A stretch of 64,000 bases of DNA from Eledone cirrhosa (GCA_964016885.1 OZ024756.1:32922001-32986000); one strand, 5' to 3'; shown: positions 43,365 to 60,156, counted from the stretch's first letter. The notes: generated by a model not told the origin, from the sequence alone. Translations and numbers: made by a program.

Positions 43365-44155
43365 CTGTTCGGTAGGACGTTTGGCCTGGGACCGATAGAC
43401 AATATCCAAAAGTCCCTGGCTTGGCAGTGCTACCGAGGAACTCTACCCGTTCGGGACAAGCTCTACAGACACGGGCGCCCGGGTAGGGACCCCTCGAAGA
43501 AGATCTGTCCGAGATCCGTGCGTGACGAGGAAACCGTCGCGCACGCATTCGTACACTACCCGGGCATTGCTGACCTGTGGAGCTATGTGGAACGACTACT
43601 GTCGCGGGTGGGACCAATCCGGTTGACCATCGAGTACATTGTCACGATCAAACCTCCTCCCCCCTTCAAACACGAAGGAGAGGCGGTTTTCCTCTGATAG
43701 CTATGGCGAAAGAGGTTGTATGGTGGACGAGGTTGAAAGGGCTGAGGTCAGACACTTTTCTCTCCGGCCAACAACTGGTCCTTTTTTCAAGTACCATTTT
43801 AGAAGAAGGATCAGAATGGAGAGAGAGGTGCTCTACCCCAGCAAGTTTTATGAAAGGTGGGTGAAAGTGGCGAGAATGGCCCGAGTGAATGGGCCTTCTC
43901 TCCATATCAGCCTGTAGGTGAGAGAGGAGAAGAAAGAGGAGAGGAAGGAAGCACCCGCTCTTTGTGGTCCTGAGGAGGCGGGTTGCACATTTTTTTCGGG
44001 GGTGTGTGCGACCCACGTCAACACCCCCTCCCTATTGAGGACTTCGATTGTTGAATTTTATTTGTTATATGTTTTTACACGTCCTTTGAAATGTATGTAG
44101 ACTCCCCCCCTTTGTATTTGTCCCAATCTTTGACTCCCTGGTGGCAAATAAATAG
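43365..44155 (+). mobile_element. 5'-truncated Tx1/L1-clade LINE (ORF2 C-terminus with degenerate zinc knuckle plus 3' UTR)
   Basis: Frame 43365-43697 reads ...SLAWQCYRGTLPVRDKLYRHG...ICPRSVRDEETVAHAFVHYPGIADLW.... Frameshifted continuations AMAKEVVWWTRLKG and FKYHFRRRIRMERE...ERWVKVA run to a stop at 43917, then AATAAA and (TATC)n. Confidence 0.85.
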
Positions 44156-44725
44156 AAACTTATCTATCTATCTATCTCTCTATCTATCTATCTCTCTCTC
44201 TATCTATCTATCTATTTATCTATCTACCGCCCTGTATATACGTATGTACATACATACATATGTATGTATGTACGTACGCACCTATGTATGCATTGATCCA
44301 TGTATGTGCATATATAAGTATGTATGTATCTAAGCATATATCCAAGGATGTGTGTACGCATGTAAGCATGCATATTATAGAACAACAGATGGAGGTATTG
44401 TAGTAAGTTGCATTCGTTAATATAACTTAACATTTCTCTACAACAATATTAAAGAAACTGAAGAGAAAATTCATTACATTATTCGCTGTGTTGCTATGTT
44501 TTCTATAATCTTTCGATAATTTTCTATGATACGATAACATTCCTCCCTTGGTTAATCTAAAATATGTAATATGTATTTAATTCTAAATAACAAGTATTTT
44601 TCCTTAAGAATGACTTCTAAAATAAATTGACTTACGCCTAAAGTGTATGTCATTTCTTAGAAATACTGAAATTAATACTTTGGGAGACGTATTCAAATTG
44701 CTTTATATGCATGTATGCATATATG

Positions 44726-44904
<179 letters not shown>

Positions 44905-44905
44905 G

Positions 44906-44962
<57 letters not shown>

Positions 44963-45029
44963 CATGTATATGTATATATATATATATATATACATGTATA
45001 CATGTATATATATATATATATATACACGT

Positions 45030-45173
<144 letters not shown>

Positions 45174-45459
45174 GCGGGTATAATCTTATGTAAGCTGAAG
45201 GGAAAGTAATTGGATATATTCTATATGCTAATCGATTTAACGGAAGTGAGTTTATTAGAGGTGGCAAGGTCGAGGATGTATCATGATCTTAGGTTACCTG
45301 ATTTTGAAATATATAGATGAAAAAACATAACACAACGCTAAGTTCTAAAATCATAGGCCTTTTATCGTTAAATATTGGTTTAAATGTCTGAGGAAAGAAG
45401 ATCAATAGAACTCTCGTTTTTTGAAATATTTACTTCTGCGTTCACAGATTGACTTATTT

Positions 45460-45510
45460 AGTTTCAGAAGATCCCGTTAAGGGTGAAAGCAGCGATTCTT
45501 TGCTTAAACT
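45460..45510 (+). ncRNA. Type I hammerhead variant (CAGAAGA core), family B; element continues to about 45620
   Basis: AGTTT-CAGAAGA-TCCC GTTAA GGGT-GAAA-GCA GCGATTCTT TGC-TT-AAACT; all three stems form. Minus-strand copy at 50192-50242. Confidence 0.65.
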
Positions 45511-45616
45511 TTAATCTGGTATTTTAATAAATATTTGCTCTACGGTTCTTATATATTTGTTATATATTTATCCTTATCGAGCCCTCTTTGGATTTTTTTT
45601 TAAAATGTATTATTAT

Positions 45617-45671
<55 letters not shown>

Positions 45672-45809
45672 TAGTTTAATATGAAATAATTTCATTTTTA
45701 TTTAATACGTTTTGTATATTATCAGACAAGCTATCAACCGAGCTTTTGTTAAAATACCCGTTTGGCTAGTCAATATGCAGTGAAGTCTTATATTTCTTCA
45801 TAGTAAATA

Positions 45810-45900
<91 letters not shown>

Positions 45901-45999
45901 AATAGATATCAACATGAATGGACCTGTTATTTTCATCTAAAGACATTTTTACACATTCCACCCCGGCTGTCCATTTAATCTATCTTATTTTTCATTCTT

Positions 46000-46035
46000 T
46001 CTTCAGATGAAGGATTAGCATCCGAAATGTTAAGA
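46000..46035 (+). ncRNA. Minimal hammerhead motif, family I
   Basis: TCTT-CAGATGA-A-GGAT TAGC ATCC-GAAA-TG-TT-AAGA; stem II covaries with the copy at 13491-13526. Confidence 0.6.
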
Positions 46036-46183
46036 CCCTCTTCCTGCTATCTCAAGCGTTAACCTAATATAATCCTTCCATATACTGTACCGATTGTGTT
46101 GTTATTTCTGTTTAGCTATTACACACACACACACATACACACACGCACATATATATATATGTATATATGTGTGTATATGAGTG

Positions 46184-46230
<47 letters not shown>

Positions 46231-46243
46231 ATGTGTTATTTGC

Positions 46244-46340
<97 letters not shown>

Positions 46341-46452
46341 TTGTAATAGAATGAAAACGAAATTTCATTTCTCACTCTTAGTACGGCACTTACTTAAATG
46401 TAAGTATGTATGTATACGTACATACATATATGTATACAGACGTACAGTAGCA

Positions 46453-46530
<78 letters not shown>

Positions 46531-46840
46531 CAGGTACACATATACTTACATATATATATATGTATATATACTTCAGACTAACGAATTTAACGATGATTAA
46601 AAGAGTGAATATGGCGGCTACTGTAAAACACTTCCACCTAAAGTGCAATGGTTTAAACCTGACATGCAGTGGTGCCTTTGAAATAGGTCTTCTCAGAATT
46701 GTTCCCATTGTGAATAGATGCTAACGAGCCAATCACCCTAATATATTTTTAAGGGAATTAATGTGCTTCAATGCATCTATCTCCCTCTCTTGGTAATACA
46801 TATATTTATGCAAACACATGGACACCCACACGGAACCCCC

Positions 46841-46873
<33 letters not shown>

Positions 46874-46969
46874 AGTGTGTGCATGGTGTATAATACATAC
46901 AATACCTATATACACACTATATATATGTATAATGTATATATATATATGTGTATATATATGTGTATATAT

Positions 46970-47020
<51 letters not shown>

Positions 47021-47087
47021 ATATATATATATATACATGTATGCATATATATATGTATATAAATATGTATATATATATACATACATA

Positions 47088-47143
<56 letters not shown>

Positions 47144-47202
47144 AGTGTGTGTGTGTATGTGTGTGTATGTGTGTGTGTGTGTGTAGCGATGTATAAATAT
47201 AC

Positions 47203-47278
<76 letters not shown>

Positions 47279-47544
47279 ATGTGTGTGTTTATGTGCGTAT
47301 GTGTTTATGTGTATGCGCGAACACGCCCCTTGCTCTATGTAATTGGCGTTGTGTTTTGTATTCCTTTAATGATCAATGTATTATAGATTATGGATATATG
47401 GCTACTCTAACATAGCGCAGTATAGCACAGCACACAGTATATCACAGCACACAGTATAGCAGAGCATAGCGTGGTATCAATAATGAGTTACTATTGAAAA
47501 TGGGAGAAACGCCACAAACAAATGGATGATCAAAGAAGAGCGAT

Positions 47545-48220
47545 ATACCAGCACCATCACTTCCCAACAATACCACAATCACAATCAGCACCATCACTCT
47601 CAACAACACCACTATCACAACCACCACCATCACTCCCAACAACACCACCATCATAACCGCCACCATCACTCACAACAACACCACCTCCACATCCATCACC
47701 ATCACTCCCAACAATAACCACAACCACCACCACCACCACCATTACACCCACTACCACCACCACCACTACCATCACTCCCAACAACAACCACAACCACCAC
47801 CAGCATTCCCAACGCCACCTCCTCAACCACCACCACCATCATCACTCCCAACAACACCACCCCCACCTCAACCATCTCCACAACAAAACACCACCACCAT
47901 CGCAACTAACAGCACCACCTCCTCAACCACCACCACCACCACCACCACCACCACCATCAGCACCACCACCACCATCGCCTCCTCAACTACCACAACAACC
48001 ATAACTCCCAACCACACCACCTCCACAACCACAATCAGCACTAACCCCCACCATTACAAACCACCACCCCCAACGACCACCACCACCAGCACCATCATCA
48101 CTTCCAACAACGATCACAACCACAACCACCATCACCACCATCACTCCCAACAACAACCGCCATCACCGCCTCCACCACCACCGCCACCACCACTCCCAAC
48201 TACAACCACAACAACCAAAA
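47545..48220. repeat. Degenerate (CAC/CAA/CAT)n trinucleotide-derived minisatellite
   Basis: Recurrent CACCATCACTCCCAACAAC unit within ACC/ACA runs. Confidence 0.85.
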
Positions 48221-48651
48221 CATCAGAAGTACTCTAACAAAAAAAAAAGCAACAACAGAACAATCCGAATAAAGTAAAATAAAAAATAAAAAAAACAAAA
48301 ATATAGTGCAAATGAGATATTTCATTGGATTTGCATTCTAGAGATTTACGGGATACGCCCCTCTCCGTGATGCTGTCCTCCTATCCTTTCTTTCATTGCG
48401 TTTTATGCTTTAACATTGTGATATCATATTAGAATTTTACACGACATATTTCCTCGTCTATAATCAGTGATATAGATACGGATATTATTATTTTTATTAT
48501 TATGTTTTGTTGTTGTTTTGCCTCTATGTATTATAAGACATATTGGATTTCTCTCCACTCAGAAAACACTTACATGAATAAAACTCTTTATGACACGCGT
48601 ATATTATACTTTGTACTACCACTAAAAACTTTTTGTAACACATAATGATGG

Positions 48652-48683
<32 letters not shown>

Positions 48684-49013
48684 GCGTTGATGGTTGTGAT
48701 TGTGATGATGATGGGGAAGATATAAAGTAAGGAATAAATATATAACATACAATACCCATGTTCTCAAATTCCTGAAATTAGATGGTATGTGTATACTGTA
48801 TGCAGACAATCACACATACTTCCTCATGTGTGTGTGTGTGTGTGTGTTCGTGTGTGTACGTATGATCATATATGTGTTTGAACTAAGTTGGTTCAACTGA
48901 AGATGATTCTTGTTGATTTGAACGAAGGAATGATCTGCTCGTGAGTGTATCGTGTATATGTGTCTTTAAGGTAACTCTCAACTGCATTAAATATTTTGAA
49001 TGAAGGCACATAG

Positions 49014-49223
49014 ATACACGATAGATTGCGTAGCTCGGAGATCAGAGAGTCATTCCAGGTTGATCCGCTACTTCTCCAAATTGAGAGATCACAGCTCCGA
49101 GAGTATGGGTGTGTGGTTAGAATGTCTCTGGAAAGAATCGCTGGAGATAATCTACAGGCAAAACGAATCTGCTGATGACCCAGGTGTATATACTGAGAAA
49201 GATGGTTTGATAACATACATTGA
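49014..49223 (+). mobile_element. RTE-clade LINE ORF 3' fragment (decayed)
   Basis: Translates IHDRLRSSEIRESFQVDPLLLQIERSQLREYGCVVRMSLERIA...**PRCIY*ERWFDNI, matching the RTE C-terminal 'IERSQLRWxGHVxRM...RPRGRPRxRW' pattern. Confidence 0.8.
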
Positions 49224-50053
49224 TCTAAGAAAAAGATGAAGTAAAAGAAATCATATAGTTATATAGATATGTTCTTTGGCTCTCAGGAAATGGGCTGTTT
49301 TCTTCGCGATGTCTTGTGACATTGAACATATCATTTAATTTCTAAACTTTCCATTCAACCCAGCTGGAAATGCGTCGTATTTACAATTCAAGGGACCAAC
49401 CTTGTCACATATAATGCGGCACTGATTCTCCCTGATATCCCTTTTAATATCTGTGGATTGTTTAGCAGCTTGCGTGTTTTTGTGAGTAGGCTGTTTCGTT
49501 AATCTAGCAACTAGAATAATAATCGTCGTAACCGATTCATTCCAAATAAAGACATGATTTGACCTTTGAACAACACAAATCGAATTCGTTTATCATCATC
49601 TGATCAACGACACATCTCTACATTTAATCTATTGTATATTACGAAAGATACTTGACCTGTTGGCATTAATATAGTTAATGATAAGAAGGACCGCATCCCA
49701 CCCATTGGGCTGTTCAACGCCATTTAGTAATTAGTCTTGCTTCTGAAGTAGTCATGCTGACTCGAGTAAAATATTAATGAATAAATAAATAAATATAACA
49801 ATGTAACTAAAGCTAATAATCATGTGCTACTCATGAGCATATGATTACAAAAACACAAAATAAATAAAGAAACAAACTGCACCTGCTCAGGCATAGCTGT
49901 GTAGTTAATAAAATCACTTCACAATCACATATTTCTGGGTTCAGTATCGTCTCGTCACAACCTGCTCCTATCCTTTGTCTATATCCTCGAGTTCACAAGT
50001 GGGCATTTGCTAAATGACACCAGAATAAACCCCTCTTTTCTACACACACACAA

Positions 50054-50186
<133 letters not shown>

Positions 50187-50299
50187 TAACAGATTTAAGC
50201 AAATAATCGCTGCTTTCACCCTTAACGGGATCTTCTCAAACTCTTTGGATTTTAGTCTTCACATTTATTATTATTACTATATATATATATATATATATA

Positions 50300-50606
50300 T
50301 ACTTGGGGTGGGTGGGTTATATTATTGTAATATTGTCAGAATTAGTAACAGATCACACTCAGTTTTGGTAGGTTTTCGCTTCTGTATCTTTTATATCTCC
50401 TGAACAAGACGAAACATAATAGTACCACTGATGTTGTTGCAGATGTGCAACGAAAGACCTTTGATAGACCATATATATATATACATATAATAACAGAACA
50501 CACTCACTGTTTGGTTGGTTTTCGCTTCTGTATCATTTATATCTCCATAGTTAATTTATTTGGCAATCATTGTTTATCATTGACTGACCAGCGGTTAAAA
50601 ATACTG

Positions 50607-50612
<6 letters not shown>
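50300..50612. mobile_element. Family J cluster: inverted 3' piece (50300-50400), degenerate HHR (50421-50470, +), inverted body (50486-50612); other copies at 23858-23990, 55793-55920, 62790-62956
   Basis: Shared TAACAGAACACACTCACTGTTTGG..GGTTTTCGCTTCTGTATCTTTTATATCTCC; HHR reads AGTACCA-CTGATGT-TGTTGCA GATG TGCAAC-GAAA-GACC-TT-TGATAGAC. Confidence 0.65.
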
Positions 50613-50694
<82 letters not shown>

Positions 50695-50706
50695 ATATTT
50701 ACATAT

Positions 50707-50753
<47 letters not shown>

Positions 50754-50761
50754 CATATATA

Positions 50762-50805
<44 letters not shown>

Positions 50806-50832
50806 TTTACATATATATATTTATATATATAT

Positions 50833-50866
<34 letters not shown>

Positions 50867-51000
50867 GTAGATAAATCTACCAAGAGTTTACGGTAGTGTC
50901 CAATCCGTATGAAGAACTCAATGTATTCCGGATATCATGGAAAGAAGAGATGTAATGAAAATCCACTTTCGGTGAAAGATAAACGGTATACAGAGTCAAG

Positions 51001-52040
51001 ATAAAATATTAAACAAATAATGAACAAACAATTCCTTATATTAAACAAAAAAAGTTCACTATTTAACGATCGTTTCTAGGGTATATATGTGTTATAATTG
51101 GTATGCATATTCAACAGATCTATGTACAAAATTATACAAAATTATACAAATTATCAAGATTAAATATACATACCTAACACATATATACGCCGTCATCAGA
51201 AATAATGAAGTATATTTATTGATAATAACAACAATTCAAAATATCAGTTCAAAATTGACCAATGAAAACACAAAGGGTTAAAAGCAGTTCGGTGTGTGTA
51301 TATACATGTAAAATCCTTACACATATTTTACAATAATGTGTGTATAATTTGTATGCGCATACTAAAAAGATGGATGCAAACACAAAATTTCAAGGTTAAT
51401 ATCTCTGTAAGCTCAATGCGCTGATAAGATGCGCATTGATACTTATGGAGTCAAGCATATAAATATATTTTTTCATACTCACACATATCAGTATAATCAC
51501 ACATACATGCGCGTATATGCATAAATATACACATAACCACGAACATACAAACACACACACTCCCCCACTCACATTTATATATGTGGATATAAAATCATAA
51601 GCACATAGAAATTAAGTCACTCACATAAAACACTGGCACACACATTTCAAGATCAAGATACAGAAATTAGGTGGGAGGGGGGGGAGGGGTCAGTATTCAA
51701 TTGTCTGAGCAGACTGCCTAATATAAATGTATCTATAAATTAAGAAAAATAAAAAAATAAAAACAATAAAATATAATAAATATAAATAATGTACATACAC
51801 ATACAGATATATATACACATACATACATGTACGCGCACATAGAGATATTTACGCATACACACATACACACATACATATACAGTCATACACACACATACAC
51901 TTACACGAACATACACATACACATATAAAAAGATATATATATACACACACACCCGCGCAACACGTACACACATACACATATATATAAAAAATAGATAATA
52001 AAGATATATATCCATATATATATATATATACACACACACA

Positions 52041-52078
<38 letters not shown>

Positions 52079-52173
52079 CATATATATACATATACATACA
52101 CATACATCTAAATATACATACACATACATACACACATACATGTACATACATGTACATACATATACGCACATCG

Positions 52174-52226
<53 letters not shown>

Positions 52227-52563
52227 TAGACATAAAGATACATACACACACAACTTACATACACACGTATATATATATATATATATAGATGTACCTTCAT
52301 ACATAGAATTAGATATATAATCATACATACATATGCACCTACTTATACTCATATAAATAAATACATACGCTTCCATATATGAGTATATACATAAAAAACA
52401 ATACCACCTCACCAAACTCAGACATACAAATGAAAATAATAATAAAAAAACGCATATGTATATACATACACACACGCATTAATAGAGATATATATATATA
52501 CACACATACATACACATATACATATATACATACACACACATATATATACACACATACATATAC

Positions 52564-52594
<31 letters not shown>

Positions 52595-52614
52595 CACACA
52601 CACATAGACTCATA

Positions 52615-52646
<32 letters not shown>

Positions 52647-52944
52647 ATCATATATATATCCACACACTCATACCACCATAAATACACATACAAACACCCA
52701 CATGTATATATATATATATATATCTATATACACACACGTATACAAATATATACATATATACATATATATATATATATACACACACATAAAAAACAGACAT
52801 GCACATATATATATATATATATATATTTCATTACTCTTATATATACACATATTATATATACATACACAACCTCACTTATACACATATACTCATAAGTTAT
52901 ATTACAATAATAATAAAGAATAATATACATATATATATATATAC

Positions 52945-52983
<39 letters not shown>

Positions 52984-53095
52984 CATACATACACATACAT
53001 ACATACACATAAACATATACATACATAAATACACACATACGAATAAAGACATATATTCACACATAGACACCTATATATATATATATATATATATC

Positions 53096-53133
<38 letters not shown>

Positions 53134-53457
53134 CACATACACACACACACACACACACAGACACACATACACACTCACATATATATATATATATATATGT
53201 GTATGTGAGTGTGCGCACACACACATATATACACACACACATATAAACACACACAAACACATACATATGCATACGTGCACACACACACACATATATCACA
53301 TAGATACGAAGATAAACATATAAATAGAGAGACATACATATATATACACAACACATATACACATACATACATACACGCATATACATATACATACATATAT
53401 ACACATATATATATTCCTATATATGTGTGTCTGTGTGTGTGTGTGTGTGTGTATGTG

Positions 53458-53495
<38 letters not shown>

Positions 53496-53610
53496 GATAT
53501 ATATATATATATATATATAGGTGTCTATGTGTGAATATATGTCTTTATTCGTATGTGTGTATTTATGTATGTATATGTTTATGTGTATGTATGTATGTGT
53601 ATGTATGTAT

Positions 53611-53642
<32 letters not shown>

Positions 53643-53940
53643 GTATATATATATATATGTATATTATTCTTTATTATTATTGTAATATAACTTATGAGTA
53701 TATGTGTATAAGTGAGGTTGTGTATGTATATATAATATGTGTATATATAAGAGTAATGAAATATATATATATATATATATATGTGCATGTCTGTTTTTTA
53801 TGTGTGTGTATATATATATATATATGTATATATGTATATATTTGTATACGTGTGTGTATATAGATATATATATATATATATACATGTGGGTGTTTGTATG
53901 TGTATTTATGGTGGTATGAGTGTGTGGATATATATATGAT

Positions 53941-53972
<32 letters not shown>

Positions 53973-53992
53973 TATGAGTCTATGTGTGTGTG

Positions 53993-54023
<31 letters not shown>

Positions 54024-54358
54024 GTATATGTATGTGTGTATATATATGTGTGTGTATGTATATATGTATATGTGTATGTATGTGTGTATATATATATATC
54101 TCTATTAATGCGTGTGTGTATGTATATACATATGCGTTTTTTTATTATTATTTTCATTTGTATGTCTGAGTTTGGTGAGGTGGTATTGTTTTTTATGTAT
54201 ATACTCATATATGGAAGCGTATGTATTTATTTATATGAGTATAAGTAGGTGCATATGTATGTATGATTATATATCTAATTCTATGTATGAAGGTACATCT
54301 ATATATATATATATATACGTGTGTATGTAAGTTGTGTGTGTATGTATCTTTATGTCTA

Positions 54359-54411
<53 letters not shown>

Positions 54412-54506
54412 CGATGTGCGTATATGTATGTACATGTATGTACATGTATGTGTGTATGTATGTGTATGTATATTTAGATGTATGTGTATGTATATGTATA
54501 TATATG

Positions 54507-54544
<38 letters not shown>

Positions 54545-55575
54545 TGTGTGTGTGTATATATATATATATATGGATATATATCTTTATTATCTATTTTTTA
54601 TATATATGTGTATGTGTGTACGTGTTGCGCGGGTGTGTGTGTATATATATATCTTTTTATATGTGTATGTGTATGTTCGTGTAAGTGTATGTGTGTGTAT
54701 GACTGTATATGTATGTGTGTATGTGTGTATGCGTAAATATCTCTATGTGCGCGTACATGTATGTATGTGTATATATATCTGTATGTGTATGTACATTATT
54801 TATATTTATTATATTTTATTGTTTTTATTTTTTTATTTTTCTTAATTTATAGATACATTTATATTAGGCAGTCTGCTCAGACAATTGAATACTGACCCCT
54901 CCCCCCCCTCCCACCTAATTTCTGTATCTTGATCTTGAAATGTGTGTGCCAGTGTTTTATGTGAGTGACTTAATTTCTATGTGCTTATGATTTTATATCC
55001 ACATATATAAATGTGAGTGGGGGAGTGTGTGTGTTTGTATGTTCGTGGTTATGTGTATATTTATGCATATACGCGCATGTATGTGTGATTATACTGATAT
55101 GTGTGAGTATGAAAAAATATATTTATATGCTTGACTCCATAAGTATCAATGCGCATCTTATCAGCGCATTGAGCTTACAGAGATATTAACCTTGAAATTT
55201 TGTGTTTGCATCCATCTTTTTAGTATGCGCATACAAATTATACACACATTATTGTAAAATATGTGTAAGGATTTTACATGTATATACACACACCGAACTG
55301 CTTTTAACCCTTTGTGTTTTCATTGGTCAATTTTGAACTGATATTTTGAATTGTTGTTATTATCAATAAATATACTTCATTATTTCTGATGACGGCGTAT
55401 ATATGTGTTAGGTATGTATATTTAATCTTGATAATTTGTATAATTTTGTATAATTTTGTACATAGATCTGTTGAATATGCATACCAATTATAACACATAT
55501 ATACCCTAGAAACGATCGTTAAATAGTGAACTTTTTTTGTTTAATATAAGGAATTGTTTGTTCATTATTTGTTTA

Positions 55576-55584
<9 letters not shown>
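51001..55584. repeat. Large near-perfect inverted repeat: arms 51001-53169 and 53422-55584, 252-bp spacer
   Basis: Identical ORF translations on opposite strands (51087-51281+ vs 55304-55498-; 52379-52681+ vs 53906-54208-). The visible differences are in dinucleotide-run lengths. Confidence 0.95.
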
Positions 55585-55672
<88 letters not shown>

Positions 55673-55675
55673 ATT

Positions 55676-55734
<59 letters not shown>

Positions 55735-55735
55735 T

Positions 55736-55795
<60 letters not shown>

Positions 55796-55914
55796 TATAT
55801 CAGTATTTTTAACCGCTGGTCAGTCAATGATAAACAATGATTGCCAAATAAATTAACTATGGAGATATAAAAGATACAGAAGCGAAAACCAACCAAACAG
55901 TGAGTGTGTTCTGT

Positions 55915-56111
<197 letters not shown>

Positions 56112-56157
56112 ATATATTATATATATATATATATATATGCACATATATATATATGCA

Positions 56158-56264
<107 letters not shown>

Positions 56265-56286
56265 ATATATTATATATATATATATG

Positions 56287-56455
<169 letters not shown>

Positions 56456-56509
56456 ATATTATATATATATATATGCACATATATATATATATATATATAG
56501 ATATATATA

Positions 56510-56670
<161 letters not shown>

Positions 56671-57008
56671 ATATATATATATATATATAAAATAGAAAAA
56701 ACGATATTCTGTGTGGGTGTTTAGTATTTCCAAAAGGTAAAGGGAGAAAGAATGCCTTATGTATTGTACAGAGCCATTTCATTACATAATAATCAGCATA
56801 ATGTAACTATTCCTTTTCCGAAGGTTTCAAGAAACTCGATTTTTTCTTGCAATGAATCAAGGAATATCCAGGTCATTCATCAGGCAAATGAACTGGACGA
56901 ATGAACTGAATGTTCCTTGCAAGAATCATCTAATTTATTCAAACCTTCAGTAATGAAACAATTATATTGTGTTGTTTAATATATATATATATATAAATAT
57001 ATATATAA

Positions 57009-57079
<71 letters not shown>

Positions 57080-57405
57080 GGGGGGGGAGATGTAATGCCA
57101 TCGTTTTAAATGCCTTGGCATTTGTTCAGGCTCGCTGCGATCAGATTAACTCCATGTACGTCAAGTTTGCTTCTAAGGATCTCAGCCCAGTACATATTTA
57201 TACATTATACATAGAGTTTGTTTCACTGCAGAGGATTTAACAGATGTATAACTAACAGAACACACGCATTCTGTTTACCCCTCTTGTCTTTCTTAGTGAT
57301 CTTTCTATCTTGTTTATTATTTCTATTATTTTATATTTATTATTTCTAAGGACGAACGTCAGAAACTTTTAACCAGTTTTAATACTATATCGAACGTTAG
57401 TCTTG

Positions 57406-57448
<43 letters not shown>

Positions 57449-58137
57449 CCATTGTACTGTACCGTTTTTCTGTGTTGTTTATACGTTTTCTCATCTTACA
57501 TGTGTGTGTGAATGGATGTGTATTTGCGTCTGTGTATGTATCTGTATATGTGTGTAATGCTTGACATATACAGAGATCTGATTGAATAAATCTCTCAACT
57601 AATCACAATTACGAATCGAAATGACAATAAACATTACACGACGCTTTTTTTAAATATTATTTTTAATTTATTGTTTTTGTTTTTGTTCAGAATTATTACA
57701 AATTTTCGTGAGTCAGGATGAAATAAATTTGCAAAGGAAGAATGAATAAACACAATAAATTTTTGATTTGAAACTTATCAAATACATAGAATAAAGAAAA
57801 GTAATCTATAGAATAAAATATTTTCATTCCCTATATTTGTTAAGAAAACAGTGAGCACTACGGAAATTAGACCATCGTTTTGTAGGAAATTAGGAAATGA
57901 TAAAAGAGTAGAACAACAAAGCCGTAGTGAAAACTGGAAAAAAAAATGAGATAATGAGAATATTTGCTTTTAATTATGAACGAATACACGTCGTGCGGGA
58001 GCAATAAAATAAGCTAGTAGTCAACATTTATGAACAATGAACGTGATGTATATAATATAATAAAATAATGTAATGTAGTGCATATATATACGTATGTGTG
58101 TGGTATGTGTTTATGTGTGTGTGTGTATATATATATG

Positions 58138-58174
<37 letters not shown>

Positions 58175-58207
58175 GTTTGTGTGTGTCTGAGTATATATAT
58201 ATATGTA

Positions 58208-58279
<72 letters not shown>

Positions 58280-58388
58280 TAGGGAGAGAGAGAAAGTAAG
58301 AGAGAGAGATGTTTTAACATGTATTTCTTTCTGCGTAGGTAAATAGTGATTTATGTCTGTCACTATAAATATATATGCGCGATATGCG

Positions 58389-58486
<98 letters not shown>

Positions 58487-58691
58487 CACTCCAAACAGCG
58501 TGTACCGGTAATTATAGAAAATGGTATGTTTTCACCCGATGCTCTAAGACGCGGGACGAATGTAAACAAATACACTTTATTATATCTTCCGGTAACAGGA
58601 AAACAGACGGTGAGAGTAAATTAACATGCTATGTTGATTTCCATATTTCAAGTACAGGTCTCTCTCCCTCGCCCCCTTTCTCTCTCACTCT

Positions 58692-58775
<84 letters not shown>

Positions 58776-59342
58776 GTGTGTTTGTGCGTATACATATATA
58801 TATATATATATATATATATGTATAAGCCTTTTGTTAAAGCAATCGCGATAAAGATATCGATATATATTTGTTTGAGTTATCTACATATTTTTTTACCTTG
58901 CCGAAGTCATTGATCTATCATTTACAGTTATCAAATACGATTTATCATCTGCCCCAGGTCTTGATTCCCTAAAATGCCAACCTGATTTCAAGTTTCCTAA
59001 TGTTTAGTAAATTAAACAAATATATATATCACTTGTTCTGAATTACAGAAAAATGTATTAGCTTGACTTTTTACGAAGTCAAGCAATTACTTTGTTCTCG
59101 ATCTATTGAACATTATATAGGCATAATTCTTCTATAAGTATTAAATTATAATAAATACATAAACCTAAACCGCAGAACATTGGAATAAATATGTTAAAAC
59201 TCAAGTATGCTTGCGTGAAACTGTATACCGGTTAAATAACTACTCAAGATCTTATGTTTTCATTGAAAATGTTTTGTTAATTGTAAGGAACAGTGAAGTA
59301 AACATAGACATACAAACAGATATACATATATACACCCACAAA

Positions 59343-59396
<54 letters not shown>

Positions 59397-59487
59397 ACAC
59401 ACACATATGAATACACACACAAACACATACATACACACTTACACCCACACGCACACACGCACACACACAAACACACTCACACACACG

Positions 59488-59543
<56 letters not shown>

Positions 59544-59692
59544 AGAGAAGAAAATAACATTTAAATGGAGATATTTGAAAAACATATCATTCGAACCAAG
59601 GGCGATTTAGGAGTAAACAAAATAATTTCCTAAGCGTAAGGAACTTCAGACTTGAAAAGATGTAAAACAATATAAAGAAATAAAAATCCATG

Positions 59693-59730
<38 letters not shown>

Positions 59731-59733
59731 GTT

Positions 59734-59790
<57 letters not shown>

Positions 59791-60005
59791 GTGTGTGTGT
59801 GTTTTGCAACGGGTCACTTTGTGGCTCATTGAAGAGTTAATAAATTAAATAATCAGAGCTATCTATCATAAAACATGTCTATAGAATCACCAGATAAAAT
59901 ATATACCATTTCTTCTCTCTTATATATATATATATAATGAGAGAGAGAGGTAGAACACTGGAAAGTAATATCCGTAGTGGTAGAGCACTCAGTCCATGGG
60001 TCGCT

Positions 60006-60055
<50 letters not shown>

Positions 60056-60125
60056 TATATAAATATATGTATGTTTATGTATGTTTCTATCGATATGTAT
60101 GTATGTATATATATGTATGTATATG

Positions 60126-60156
<31 letters not shown>

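Noticed and set aside
47442-48220. His/Gln/Thr/Pro-rich or Val/Gly-rich protein (e.g. a cephalopod His-rich structural protein)
   Set aside because: It is a degenerate trinucleotide repeat with frame-breaking units and stops, and no signal peptide or splice support.
49172-49200. CTGATGA...GAAA as a hammerhead
   Set aside because: It lies within the decayed RTE coding sequence and the stems do not form convincingly.
55386-55420. CTGATGA in the large inverted repeat arm
   Set aside because: No downstream GAAA or stem II is in register.
58499-58609. Possible 111-bp plus-strand exon (CAG|...|GTGAGA; [19 protein letters not shown]...)
   Set aside because: The acceptor abuts a TA tract with a poor pyrimidine run and the peptide is unrecognised, so support is insufficient.
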